From NCBI GenBank assembly GCA_963663385.2, contig CAXXXD010000001.1:521497-585496 (forward strand): a DNA stretch of 64,000 nt, in the 5' to 3' direction. The stretch comes from Oceanispirochaeta sp. Its GTDB lineage: Bacteria > Spirochaetota > Spirochaetia > DSM-2461. Position numbers and translations under genes: made by a program. Shown here piece after piece: positions 37,867-48,056 of the stretch. The notes under the pieces are model-generated. The model did not search any database. It had not been told where the DNA came from and was given only the letters and a program-made list of their open reading frames with translations. Position 1 is the stretch's first letter, and each line of letters opens with the position of its first letter.

Positions 37867-39324
37867 CTAGAGACGGCATTCTCTGTTCAATCTGTCATTT
37901 AGCATGACTCCCAGCTTTTCAATCGCTTTCCGTGTCCCCTCTTCAACAGGAGATGCTATGCTGATGCGCAGGCAGTTGGTATACCTTCCGTTTACTCCGA
38001 AAGCGGATCCCGGTACGAAGCTGATGCCTTCCTTCAATGCCTGTTCAAACAGGTTGAGACAATCCAGTTCATAAGGAAGCTCAACCCACAGGTATAACCC
38101 CCCTTTCGGTTTGCTGACGGCTGTCCCCCGTGGAAAGTGCTGGATGACAAGCTGTTTTATTTCACGAGTCTGTCTCTCGAGGGCTTTCTGCAGTTTATAA
38201 ATATTCGCTGTATACCGCGGGCTTTGCAGGTACTCTGCAACGGTTGCCTGTATAACCGGGTTTCCTCCCAGAGTCAGGCCCATCTTCAGTTTCCGGCAGA
38301 CTTCATGCTTTTGTCCTCCCGCCAGCCACCCTACCCGGAAACCCGGGGAGAGGGTCTTTGAAAAGGATGAGCAGTAAATAACCTGTCCCGCTGTATCGAA
38401 ACTTTTAATCGGCCTTTCTTCGCTGTGATCAAAGGAGCACTGATTATATATATCATCTTCAATAATGGTCATATTGTATTTTTCTGCCAGACCGATTACA
38501 TCCCGTCTGTTTTTTTCCGGCATTACAAATCCGAGGGGATTCTGGTATAAGGCTGTCAGGATAACCGCCTTCACCTCCTCTCGTGAAAGGACCGCCTCCA
38601 GTTGGTTCAGATCCATTCCCTCTTCCGGTGAGGTTGGCATGGGTATAATCCTGCGTTTTAACTGATTCAGGATCTGTATGATACCCATGAAAACGGGGCT
38701 TTCTGCAACAATAATATCTCCCGGAGAGGAGCAGCTCTGTACAGCCAGAGAGAGGGCTTCCGTACAGCCGTTGGTAATCAGGATATCGTCGGAGCTGACA
38801 GCAATCCCCCTCTGGAGCATGATTTTTCCGATTTCCCGCCTGAGTACCGGCAGGCCGGACTCCCCGGCATATTCTCCCAGCAGATTGTTTTCCTCTTTTA
38901 ATATCCGGAAAAGATACTGCTTCAGATTTTTCAGGGGCAGAAGGCTTTCATGAGGCAGTCCGGCTCCCAGGGGGACAATTGTTCTGTCGTTTCCTGCTTC
39001 GATTATCCGTCCGATCATACTCAGAGGCCTGGCTTCTTCCGATGTGAGCAGATGTTTCTCCCTGTAGGGAGCGGGGCTGGGACTTGAGCCCGGAAGAGAG
39101 GCAAAGTAACCGGATTTCTCTACAGCAACGGTCATCCCGTTTCTCTCCAGCAGTTCATATGCCTGTATAACAACAGAAATAGCACAGTCGTACCGTCGGC
39201 TCATCTTTCTGAGAGATGGAAGTTTTTCCCCGGGGAGTATTGTCCCTTCCTTGATTCCCGCGGCAATATGCCCGGCAATTTCTTCATAACGGTGGATTGT
39301 TTTTGCCATAGAGTCCATAAACAC
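37867..39324 (-). CDS. MocR/GabR-family PLP-dependent transcriptional regulator
   Basis: GEKLPSLR GntR HTH plus aminotransferase domain (QNPLG, IEDDIY, SFSKTLSPGFRVGW); the start may be ATG 39309. Confidence 0.92.
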   Translation of the reverse strand: MFMDSMAKTIHRYEEIAGHIAAGIKEGTILPGEKLPSLRKMSRRYDCAISVVIQAYELLERNGMTVAVEKSGYFASLPGSSPSPAPYREKHLLTSEEARPLSMIGRIIEAGNDRTIVPLGAGLPHESLLPLKNLKQYLFRILKEENNLLGEYAGESGLPVLRREIGKIMLQRGIAVSSDDILITNGCTEALSLAVQSCSSPGDIIVAESPVFMGIIQILNQLKRRIIPMPTSPEEGMDLNQLEAVLSREEVKAVILTALYQNPLGFVMPEKNRRDVIGLAEKYNMTIIEDDIYNQCSFDHSEERPIKSFDTAGQVIYCSSFSKTLSPGFRVGWLAGGQKHEVCRKLKMGLTLGGNPVIQATVAEYLQSPRYTANIYKLQKALERQTREIKQLVIQHFPRGTAVSKPKGGLYLWVELPYELDCLNLFEQALKEGISFVPGSAFGVNGRYTNCLRISIASPVEEGTRKAIEKLGVMLNDRLNRECRL

Positions 39325-39426
39325 AGAATAAAACTGTTATGGTTGAAAAGTCAAGAAACTGTATCTGTTGTGGTTAGGGTGCCTTTTGTTAGGATGGAAG
39401 CAGATTTAAACAATTGGAGGAATCCA

Positions 39427-40023
39427 GTGAATAGTATTTTAATACCTGTTCTCCTTTTTGCCGTGACAATGACCATTACTCCGGGACCCAATAATATGCT
39501 TCTGACCGCTTCGGGTGCCCGATTCGGGTATAAAAAGACTCTACCTTTTCTGGTGGGTATCGTATTGGGTCTTCAAACGCAGCTGCTCCTGTGTGCTCTT
39601 GGCCTGGGGGTGCTTTTCCGTTCCTATCCCCAGGTCCAGATCTTTTTGAAATGGGCAGGCAGCGGCTATATTCTGTATCTCGGGTATAAAATAGCCTTTT
39701 CGGAAGGAAGCGGTTCAAAGAGCAATACCCAAAGTAAACCCATGACACTCCTGCAGGGCGCCCTGTTTCAGTATCTCAATCCTAAAGCGTATATTATGTC
39801 TCTTACGGCTATGTCCGTTTACCCCTTGCAGGGGGAGAAGTATATCCTTTCATCCGTTTTTATACTGTTTTGTTTTCTGATGATTACTCCGTTCTGTATC
39901 TCCCTCTGGGCCGGTTTCGGGACAATTTTGAGGAAGGTCCTGAAAAGCGGACGGCAGGGGCGTCTGGTGAATCTGTCACTGGGTCTGATAACAGCGGCCT
40001 CGGTCGTATTCATTCTGATTTAA
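39427..40023 (+). CDS. LysE/RhtB-family amino acid exporter
   Basis: ITPGPNN, LKWAGSGYILYLG and FQYLNPKA; divergent from the MocR regulator; GTG start after GGAGG. Confidence 0.9.
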   Translation: MNSILIPVLLFAVTMTITPGPNNMLLTASGARFGYKKTLPFLVGIVLGLQTQLLLCALGLGVLFRSYPQVQIFLKWAGSGYILYLGYKIAFSEGSGSKSNTQSKPMTLLQGALFQYLNPKAYIMSLTAMSVYPLQGEKYILSSVFILFCFLMITPFCISLWAGFGTILRKVLKSGRQGRLVNLSLGLITAASVVFILI

Positions 40024-40052
40024 ACAGTTCTAATATATTTCAGATTGTTTGA

Positions 40053-40081
40053 TTGACAGGAGTTATATCTTTACCTATCAT
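40053..40081 (+). promoter_or_regulatory. Putative sigma70 promoter of the Wzi-like operon
   Basis: TTGACA-17 bp-TATCAT. Confidence 0.55.
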
Positions 40082-40152
40082 TTGATTTTCTTTCGGGGGA
40101 ATTCTCAATCCCGGAGCCTTCGACAGTAAATATGAAAACATAGGAAGATCAG

Positions 40153-41706
40153 ATGAAAAAACTAATACTACCATGTCTGACACTGATAATCATCTTTGGC
40201 CTGAACGCCGGCGAGTATATTATTGGTTCAACCAATGACTATTATAGATACCTGGACCTGACAGGAGTTTCCAAGTCTCCTTCTCTGGGCTTTCACAGCT
40301 ATTCGGAAAATGAACGCAATCTGCCGGAAAGCGGGCGGCCCTGGTCAGAGCTGAAAGAAAAGGACCCTATTTTAAGTATTAATGATTTCAGTCTGATGGC
40401 TGCGGATACCAGGGTCTTCTCTTCCTGGAACAGTACTTTTGCGCGTACCATGCTGAGCGACGGTGCTCTCTGGCAGGGAAAAGGGTTGAATACTAGTATT
40501 GTAACCGGGATCGAAATTGAAAATTCATGGTTGCGAGTAGCTTTCTTACCGGAATTTGTCTACTCACAGAACCGGAGTTTCGATATTGTAGAATCTGCTA
40601 CAACTAATGAATACGGCTATTTCTATGGAGGCGTGGATGCTCCCCAGATTATGGGGAAGGAAGCCTCCTGTGATTTTTCCTGGGGACAGAGTGAGATCCG
40701 GGCGGATTACGGTCCCCTGACCCTGGCCCTCTCTGCGGAGAATATGGTGTGGGGCCCGGCTATTTATAATCCCCTTATTATGAGTGCCAATGGAGAAGGC
40801 TTTCTTCATTTGGATTTCGGATTGAGAAAGACAGAAACCCGGATGGGAGATGTGGAAGCCCGGGTGGTATACGGGCGACTGGAGGAGTCGGATTTTTTTA
40901 ACGAAGACGACGATGATGATTATACTCTCTTCAGCGGTTATACCCTATCCTGGTCCCCCTTCTGGGCTCCCTATTTTACGATGGGGCTGAACAGGAGCCT
41001 TATTATCAACTGGGAGCAGATTAATAACTCGGCTCTTTTAAAACTGTACAATCCCTTTATCTCTTCCAATGAATATGCCTTTGATGAAACGGATCAGAGG
41101 GTTTCCTTCTGGCTGGACTGGAAGATCGTTCAGTCGGGAACCGCTTTCTACCTGGAACTTTTCAAGGAAGACCACAACAGGCAATTCACTTCCTTTCTTA
41201 TGTATCCGGAGCATACCCTGGGTTTTACCTTCGGGGGGGAACAGGTTCTTCCGGTGGATAAGAACCGGGGGGTCCAGTTTAATGCGGAAGTTACCTGGCT
41301 GCAGGTAAGCCGTACCTATGACTTGAAAGATCGCAGCGGCGGAACCTATTACATCCACGGGGTTGTCTATCACGGTTATACCAACAGAGGCCAGTGGCTG
41401 GGATCCCCCACGGGTCCCGGAGCGGATGCGCAGAATGTTTCCCTGTCCTGGTACGATACCTGGGGCATGGTAAAACTGTATGGAAGCAGAACCAATAAAA
41501 ACAAGGACTATGTCTATCAGCACGATCTGGTTACCTACAATCAGGATGTAGAGATGACAGGCGGGATCGATTGCCTGTATATTATTAATGATAATTTTAC
41601 CGTAGATGGCGGTATCGCCTATACCTACAACTTTAACAGAAACTACGAATACAAGAACAATGCGGATAATTTTTACCTGTCCGCCGGAATGACATACAGA
41701 TATTAG
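40153..41706 (+). CDS. Wzi (capsule assembly)-like outer-membrane beta-barrel protein
   Basis: Signal peptide; ENMVWGPA..NPLIMSAN..GF and GYTNRGQWLGSPTGPG; C-terminal alternating strand ending in Tyr. Confidence 0.72.
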   Translation: MKKLILPCLTLIIIFGLNAGEYIIGSTNDYYRYLDLTGVSKSPSLGFHSYSENERNLPESGRPWSELKEKDPILSINDFSLMAADTRVFSSWNSTFARTMLSDGALWQGKGLNTSIVTGIEIENSWLRVAFLPEFVYSQNRSFDIVESATTNEYGYFYGGVDAPQIMGKEASCDFSWGQSEIRADYGPLTLALSAENMVWGPAIYNPLIMSANGEGFLHLDFGLRKTETRMGDVEARVVYGRLEESDFFNEDDDDDYTLFSGYTLSWSPFWAPYFTMGLNRSLIINWEQINNSALLKLYNPFISSNEYAFDETDQRVSFWLDWKIVQSGTAFYLELFKEDHNRQFTSFLMYPEHTLGFTFGGEQVLPVDKNRGVQFNAEVTWLQVSRTYDLKDRSGGTYYIHGVVYHGYTNRGQWLGSPTGPGADAQNVSLSWYDTWGMVKLYGSRTNKNKDYVYQHDLVTYNQDVEMTGGIDCLYIINDNFTVDGGIAYTYNFNRNYEYKNNADNFYLSAGMTYRY

Positions 41707-41715
41707 GAAGAAACA

Positions 41716-43386
41716 ATGAAAAAGAAACTGCTGCAGTTTTGCCTGCTTTTTATGACAATAACAACACTATCGGCACTGGACCAGTTATCCGTGTCTCTTA
41801 CCGATCCGGTCTACCATCTGATAGAGCAGGGACGAATCCGGAAGCTCTTCCCTTCTCCCGCTTATGTAAAGCCCTACTCCTACAATCAGGTAAAGGACCT
41901 GCTGAACAGCATGCTTGTAAGCGGAGGGTTGAACTCTCAGGAGAAAGTCCTGGTAAAAGAGCATCTGCTCAGGCTTGACCCCCGTAAAGATGAACCGCTT
42001 CTGAAGACAGGTCGGCTTGCTCTGTCCGGTAGTGAAAGATCGGAAGTACAGATCGGGGCATCCTTTGCAACCTCTTTTAATGCATCTACCGATGATCCGG
42101 ATAATTACGATCAGAGAAACCTGCTGACATTTATACTGGAGGGCGGGCTGACACAGGACTTTTCATACAGAATGAACGCCGGGGGCCGTTATGATAAACT
42201 GAGTTCAACCGCCTGGGCTCCCTATGAATTCAGCTGTCCCGGAGAAGGGTTTTATATCAGTTATAATGAGGATTCCCCCATTGGTTATTCCAATGGAGAG
42301 AACAGCGATCACTCCTCCAGTTATTATACAACCCCCGAAATGGCGGCCTCTCTTATTGATGATCACATTTTTCTCCGCTGGGGTATGATCGAAAGGGACT
42401 GGGGTATGGGAGAAGGCAATATCCATCTTTCGGATACGGCCCGTTCCTTTGACGCCCTGGAAGGAACTCTGACCCTCTCTCCCATGTTCAATCTGTCCTT
42501 TTTAACAGGGACCCTGACAGACTGGGAAGAGGATGATGAGTTTCAGAATATGTTTTCAACAAAGAGGATGGAGTTTCACCTCCCCTGGGGGCTTGAGCTT
42601 GCCGTCGCAGAGAGCGTTGTATGGGTAAAGCGGTTTGAAATGGGCTACCTTAACCCATTTATGATTACAACCATTTATCAGAATACACTGGGTAATTACG
42701 ATAATATGTATATGGGGCTGGATTTCGCCTGGAATTTTATGGAGGGGTATCAGGTTTACGGCAGTTATACCGCCGATGAAATGCGAAACTATGAACCTGA
42801 AAAGTGGTTCAGGGAGGTTCGGAATATTTTCGCTCTCCAGGGGGGATTCAGGGGAAGCATCCCTGTTCTGCCCTTTACCTCCGTGAATGTTCAGTACACT
42901 CGTCTGGAGCCTTTTTTCTACACCCATTATCCTCAGAAGTACCCCTCCTACAGTGATGACGATGACGATATCGAAACACGTATGCTGACCTACTACTCCA
43001 ACAAGGGGGAGAATCTGGGATATAAACTGGCACCGGACAGTGATGAGCTGCTTCTGAAAGTCACATCCTCAGCCATCAGCAATCTCTTTCTGGAATTTTC
43101 CTGGAGTTATATTACCCATAGTGATCAGTACGGCACTTCCATTACCGATTCCATCGACTACGATCTTTACGAAGAGGGCGGATACGAACAGAAGAACAGG
43201 TCGGAATATCTGATTGAGAAAGTCCACACCCTGGCATTGGACAGCAGGTGGACTCTGGATAATTTCCCCGTAACCCTGACAGGCGGTTATGCTCTGGTTA
43301 CCGGTAGAGTCCGGGAGAGTTCATCAGAAGGCTGGGATAACTACTTTAACAATATATTCAGCATAGGCGCTGAGTTCTATTACTAG
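41716..43386 (+). CDS. Wzi-like outer-membrane protein (paralog 2)
   Basis: Signal peptide; RDWGMG..NIHLSDTARSF, YLNPF, DN and GENLGYKLAPDSD; ends SIGAEFYY. Confidence 0.6.
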   Translation: MKKKLLQFCLLFMTITTLSALDQLSVSLTDPVYHLIEQGRIRKLFPSPAYVKPYSYNQVKDLLNSMLVSGGLNSQEKVLVKEHLLRLDPRKDEPLLKTGRLALSGSERSEVQIGASFATSFNASTDDPDNYDQRNLLTFILEGGLTQDFSYRMNAGGRYDKLSSTAWAPYEFSCPGEGFYISYNEDSPIGYSNGENSDHSSSYYTTPEMAASLIDDHIFLRWGMIERDWGMGEGNIHLSDTARSFDALEGTLTLSPMFNLSFLTGTLTDWEEDDEFQNMFSTKRMEFHLPWGLELAVAESVVWVKRFEMGYLNPFMITTIYQNTLGNYDNMYMGLDFAWNFMEGYQVYGSYTADEMRNYEPEKWFREVRNIFALQGGFRGSIPVLPFTSVNVQYTRLEPFFYTHYPQKYPSYSDDDDDIETRMLTYYSNKGENLGYKLAPDSDELLLKVTSSAISNLFLEFSWSYITHSDQYGTSITDSIDYDLYEEGGYEQKNRSEYLIEKVHTLALDSRWTLDNFPVTLTGGYALVTGRVRESSSEGWDNYFNNIFSIGAEFYY

Positions 43387-43410
43387 GAAATCAATCAGGG
43401 TTATAGCGGA

Positions 43411-44796
43411 ATGAAAAAAATAATTAAAGTCGGCCTCTATCTTTTTGTTGCCAGTTTTTCATCAAATCTTTTTGCAGAGCTGGGGATGGAGTTTTCTCCT
43501 TTTCTGACCTTGAACGACATGACGGACAAGTCACAGAAACGCCCTGAACTGACTCAGCTTTATGACTGGTACGAGCAGCCGTCCCTGTTCAAATTGTATC
43601 TGGATCTGGAAGAGGGCAATCTGCACGCCTACACCCATATGGATCTTCATACGGATCTTATGGCGGATATACATCACCAGACCTGGTCCAATCTTCCCTA
43701 TATGGGATCGGATGGATTCTATGCGGATCCTAATATCCCGGATGTCGGTTATGTCGAGTGGGAAAGCGATTCTGCTTTCCTTTCGGGAGGCCGGCGTAAA
43801 CTGCATATCGGACCGGGGGACTACGCTCTCGGTTTGGCGGGCAGTTCTCCCTACTTTGATCATGTTCTTTTTCAGAAGACCTTCCCCGGGGAGAAGTCCC
43901 ATTGGCAGTACTCCTTTACTGCAATTACGGCAGACCGGAAGGCAATGGAGAAACTGGCAGATACGGAGTATAAAACCCTTTTTACCCACCGTCTCTCCTG
44001 GCAGACGGAAAAGCTGATACTGGCGGTTACGGAGTATAACCTGATTTACGAACAGGTTCCGACCATTCAGGATGCGGGGTTTATCGTGTTTTATCACGGT
44101 ATGTATCAGGATTATCAGAATGTAATGGATGAAATCTCTTTCGAATACCTTCCCAGAGAGGATTTCAGGGTTTTCGGATCCCTTGTCAGCGATGACTATC
44201 AGATGTCCATTGAGTCTGAAGACAGCAAACCCGGTGCCATGGGGGTTACCGGAGGGCTTTCCTGGAAGGTTTTTGATGCGGCTCCTCTGGAGAATCCCTT
44301 TCAGGATAGTACAACCCATATGTGGCAGACGGACCGGCTGGCGGATTTTGCCGGGGGACTTGTTCTTTCTGCCGAGTATATGTGGGCCAGCAAATATCTT
44401 TACAACAGGGAAGTGGAATCGGGTAAATTCACCAATCCCATGTATTACTCCTGGGAGTATGAGAGAGAAACAGTTAATACATTTTACGGTGCCCTGTACG
44501 GTCCCGATACTATAACAGGAAAACTCACAGCCCAGTGGAACAGCGATCCCTGGAGGGTGAAGGTTTCGGGAGAACTGCTGGCCGCCGGTGCCGAAGGGAT
44601 CGATATCAACTATGCGCCTCCCTATGAAAACTGGGTAACCATGAAAGACCCTGTTTCCTATACCTTTATGTTTGACGTGGAAGCGGAATGGGCCCTGTCT
44701 GAGGATGTTCGTCTTTTTGCCGCGTCCGGACTGGATTTCGGTGAAGATGATATCAACTACACTCTGGAGCTGGGTTACAGACGAGTCCTTTTTTAA
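43411..44796 (+). CDS. Wzi-like outer-membrane protein (paralog 3)
   Basis: Signal peptide; GRRKLHIGPG..LGLAGSSPYFD and FYGALYGPDT; ends LGYRRVLF. Confidence 0.55.
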   Translation: MKKIIKVGLYLFVASFSSNLFAELGMEFSPFLTLNDMTDKSQKRPELTQLYDWYEQPSLFKLYLDLEEGNLHAYTHMDLHTDLMADIHHQTWSNLPYMGSDGFYADPNIPDVGYVEWESDSAFLSGGRRKLHIGPGDYALGLAGSSPYFDHVLFQKTFPGEKSHWQYSFTAITADRKAMEKLADTEYKTLFTHRLSWQTEKLILAVTEYNLIYEQVPTIQDAGFIVFYHGMYQDYQNVMDEISFEYLPREDFRVFGSLVSDDYQMSIESEDSKPGAMGVTGGLSWKVFDAAPLENPFQDSTTHMWQTDRLADFAGGLVLSAEYMWASKYLYNREVESGKFTNPMYYSWEYERETVNTFYGALYGPDTITGKLTAQWNSDPWRVKVSGELLAAGAEGIDINYAPPYENWVTMKDPVSYTFMFDVEAEWALSEDVRLFAASGLDFGEDDINYTLELGYRRVLF

Positions 44797-46259
44797 TTCC
44801 GGACCGGGAGCCTTTTACGAATTATCTTTGCGATCATGGGTACAAAAACACTTTCTTTTACCAGTATCAGGAAGAGGGCATATACCAAAGCTCCTGCCGC
44901 TGAAGAAATCAATAAAACCGGCAGTGCAGATAGATCTGAGAGAAAAGTCGTTTTCAGGAAATAAACAAATACACTCATAATGAAACTTGCCAGTATATAG
45001 ATAAAGATCGGTTTGATCTTTAATTCTACTCTCTTGAGATACTGCCATCCCCAGATTAATTCCACAGCAAAAATGAAAAGTTCTGCTGCAACGGAAGCCG
45101 CCGCTGCACCATTCTGCTGAAACCGGGGTATAAGAAAAGCATTCAGAAGGATATTTAAAAGCAGAGAGGCAAAAATAGTTGATAAAACTATTCGGTCCTT
45201 ATTCATTGAAATAAGAAGCTGTTTTCCTATAAAACTGGACAGGGGAAGGATTACCATTATAGGAAGCAGGACCCGCATGGTCATAACGGCAGAAAGGTAC
45301 TTTTCGCCTCCAAATACCATAATAATTTCATAGGACAGCAGGTACAGACCAATCATGGCGGGAAAGGGCAGAAAAAATATAACCTGCAGAGATTTCTGGG
45401 CAATCGGTTTCAATTTGTCCCACTTTCCCCGGTAAACCAGGTTGGTAAAGCGGGGAATCAGTACGGCTGTAAAGGAAATAAATACAGTTTTGATGATATT
45501 AATCAGTTTATTGGCTGTTACATAAAAACCAACGGACGTATGGCCGCTCATAAAACCCAGCATAATCTTGTCAACATTATGATAGAGTTTGGTGGAGAAA
45601 TAGAGAAGAAAGAAGTAGGATGCTTTGGCAAAATGTTCAGAGGGGTTAAGCTCTTTCAATGGGACTTTGACAATCAGTTTCTTTAAATTCCAGTAGTTGA
45701 GCATCCTTGAAATCATCAGTGTTATTACGGAAACGGAGCCGTATAGAATATAGTCATCCGGAGTTTTAATGAAGGTGAAAATGAGGATAATTCCGACAAC
45801 TTTGGCTGTCAGTTTACGGAAGGCCATGAACTTATATTCTTCCATGCCTTTGAAAAACCATTCAAAACCGAAAATCTTTAATATAATTCTGGTTCCCATA
45901 ATCATGTAGAGGACTATTTCACGGTTGAATTCTTCCACATAAAACAGGGAAAGGAGAAATATCGCATACACAGCAACAGTCGCCACTATTTCAATAGAAA
46001 GAAGCTCCCGGAATACGCGGCTTCTTTTTTCCATATCATCCCTGACCTGGGCGATTCGCCGGACCCCGTAGAAGGGAATACCGAGGCTGGCAAAATAGGT
46101 GAAAACGGTGATGATGGAGGCAGCAAACTGAACTTTTCCAAGGTTGTCTGGCATCAGAACTCGGGTTACATAGGGGAAGGTGATAAAGGGTGCTGCAATA
46201 TCTAAAAATTCCTTCATGCTGTTAAAGAACGCATTGGATTTAATGGATCGTTTTTTCAT
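44793..46259 (-). CDS. Wzx-type polysaccharide flippase
   Basis: ITFPYVTRVL, LGIPFYG.R.IA, WFFKGMEEY, DKIMLG, VGFY.TA and LIP.F...GAA.A; about 12-14 TMs. Confidence 0.9.
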   Translation of the reverse strand: MKKRSIKSNAFFNSMKEFLDIAAPFITFPYVTRVLMPDNLGKVQFAASIITVFTYFASLGIPFYGVRRIAQVRDDMEKRSRVFRELLSIEIVATVAVYAIFLLSLFYVEEFNREIVLYMIMGTRIILKIFGFEWFFKGMEEYKFMAFRKLTAKVVGIILIFTFIKTPDDYILYGSVSVITLMISRMLNYWNLKKLIVKVPLKELNPSEHFAKASYFFLLYFSTKLYHNVDKIMLGFMSGHTSVGFYVTANKLINIIKTVFISFTAVLIPRFTNLVYRGKWDKLKPIAQKSLQVIFFLPFPAMIGLYLLSYEIIMVFGGEKYLSAVMTMRVLLPIMVILPLSSFIGKQLLISMNKDRIVLSTIFASLLLNILLNAFLIPRFQQNGAAAASVAAELFIFAVELIWGWQYLKRVELKIKPIFIYILASFIMSVFVYFLKTTFLSDLSALPVLLISSAAGALVYALFLILVKESVFVPMIAKIIRKRLPVRN

Positions 46260-46327
46260 AGAAATACAAGCTATTTCAGGGGCGATTTATTGTCAATACA
46301 TTCAGTCTCATGTATTCTTCAAATATT

Positions 46328-46714
46328 ATGAAACGAGTCATTACATACGGAACCTACGACCTCCTTCACTGGGGACACGTCAATCTGTTGAAACGGGCAA
46401 AAGAATTGGGAGATTACCTGATCGTTGCCTTGTCTGTGGATGAATTCAACAGAATCAAGCATAAGGAATCCTATCACTCCTATGAAGAGAGAAAGATGGT
46501 TCTGGAATCGATCCGCTATGTGGATCTTGTCATTCCCGAAACCTGCTGGGAGCAGAAAGTCGAGGATGTTAAAAAATATAATGTGGACGTCTTTGTTATA
46601 GGAGAGGACTGGAAGGGGGAGTTTGACTTCCTGAAAGATCACTGTGAAGTTGTTTATCTCCCACGGACAGAAGGAATCTCTTCCTCAAAAATAAAAAATG
46701 ATCTTAAAAAATGA
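46328..46714 (+). CDS. tagD: Glycerol-3-phosphate cytidylyltransferase
   Basis: MKRVITYGTYDLLHWGH..LLKRAK, DEFN, WEQK and YLPRTEGISSS.IK. Confidence 0.95.
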   Translation: MKRVITYGTYDLLHWGHVNLLKRAKELGDYLIVALSVDEFNRIKHKESYHSYEERKMVLESIRYVDLVIPETCWEQKVEDVKKYNVDVFVIGEDWKGEFDFLKDHCEVVYLPRTEGISSSKIKNDLKK

Positions 46715-46729
46715 AAAAGGAACAGCATC

Positions 46730-47929
46730 TTGAAAGGTAACTCCAAACAGTCCGGTTATAACAAGCAGAGGTTCCTGCTGATTCTGAAGGGACTTCTTCC
46801 CTCCTTTCTGACTCTTTTTACAAAGCGGGATAAGAGGCATATTGTCTTCTGTTCCTCCTATACGACCAAATTCCAGTTTAACTCCCGCTATCTCTTTCTA
46901 TATTTTCTGGAACATTATCCGGACTGGAAAGTTGAATTCGTTATTAATGACGAAGAGCAGAGGCAGAAACTTATTTCTGAGATAGGACCCTATTTCATTG
47001 AAACGAACACTGTCAAAGGTAAGATGCATGCCCTCAACGCGGCTGTCTGGGTTCCGGCCACCCTGGAAACGCCCGTTTCGGGTTTTTTCCTTTCTTTCAG
47101 GAGACTGGTTTATCATGTAGGGCACGGTGTTCCATTCAAGTGTTTCGGTGGAAATGAAAAGGAATTAAGCCTTGTAAAAAGGGTGTATATCAATTTGATC
47201 AGAACGAACTTTTCAAAGATGGTGGCAAATAATGAGGACTATGTTCCTGTTATGGCTGGATATATAAACAGTTCCCAAAGCAAGATTGTTATAAACGGTC
47301 TGCCCCGGAATGACATGATGTATGTAAAACAGGATATTTCCGTTCTTCGGGAGGTCCTGCCCGAAATGCCCCCCTGTAAAAAAGCTATCCTCTATGCTCC
47401 CACCTGGCGTCCCTATGCGGAGCTGGAACTCTTTCCTTTTGCGGATCTGGATATTGATGAGCTGGACAGGTTTCTGGAAGAAAAAGAGTATGTCATTTTT
47501 ATGCGGCCCCATCCATCCTACCCGGGAATCATGCCCGAGGGAATAGAGAAAATTAAACGGATCATTATGCTTGACGCCACTCTTGTTCCCGAGATTATGG
47601 AAGTGGTTACAGCCTTTGATCTGCTTGTGACAGATTATTCCAGTCTTTTTATTGACTGGCTGATTACAGGAAAGCCCATGGCGTTTATTCCCTATGATCT
47701 GGATCTTTACGATACGAAAATCGGCTTCTCCGTTCCATTTGATCAGCATACACCGGGCCCCCGGATCAGCAGCAGCAAAGAGTTTATGAGGGAGACAGAG
47801 AGACTTCTCGAAGATGAAACATATTACCGGGATGAACGAAATCGGGAGAATGACTATTTTAATCCGATCAGAACTGATAACTGTCGCAGAAATGCGGAAA
47901 TGATTGAAGAACTGCTGACGGATTATTGA
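46730..47929 (+). CDS. CDP-glycerol glycerophosphotransferase (TagF/TagB family)
   Basis: HG.PFK, GLPRND, ILYAPTWR, RPHP and DLLVTDYSS. Confidence 0.9.
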   Translation: MKGNSKQSGYNKQRFLLILKGLLPSFLTLFTKRDKRHIVFCSSYTTKFQFNSRYLFLYFLEHYPDWKVEFVINDEEQRQKLISEIGPYFIETNTVKGKMHALNAAVWVPATLETPVSGFFLSFRRLVYHVGHGVPFKCFGGNEKELSLVKRVYINLIRTNFSKMVANNEDYVPVMAGYINSSQSKIVINGLPRNDMMYVKQDISVLREVLPEMPPCKKAILYAPTWRPYAELELFPFADLDIDELDRFLEEKEYVIFMRPHPSYPGIMPEGIEKIKRIIMLDATLVPEIMEVVTAFDLLVTDYSSLFIDWLITGKPMAFIPYDLDLYDTKIGFSVPFDQHTPGPRISSSKEFMRETERLLEDETYYRDERNRENDYFNPIRTDNCRRNAEMIEELLTDY

Positions 47930-47984
47930 CCCCTCAGCAATGCTCGGGTTTCAGAGGGTGTCCCGCTGAAACCCTCATCCCTTA

Positions 47985-48033
47985 ACCCCCTGGTTATAAC
48001 CTGCGGTTGTTGACCGGGATGCAGCCTGCCTCT
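47985..48033. repeat. REP-like element (family B) between convergent TagF-like genes
   Basis: 36/50 identical (one gap) to the reverse complement of 53889-53938; central hairpin. Confidence 0.55.
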
Positions 48034-48056
48034 CCCCGCGGGAGGGGAGGTATATT

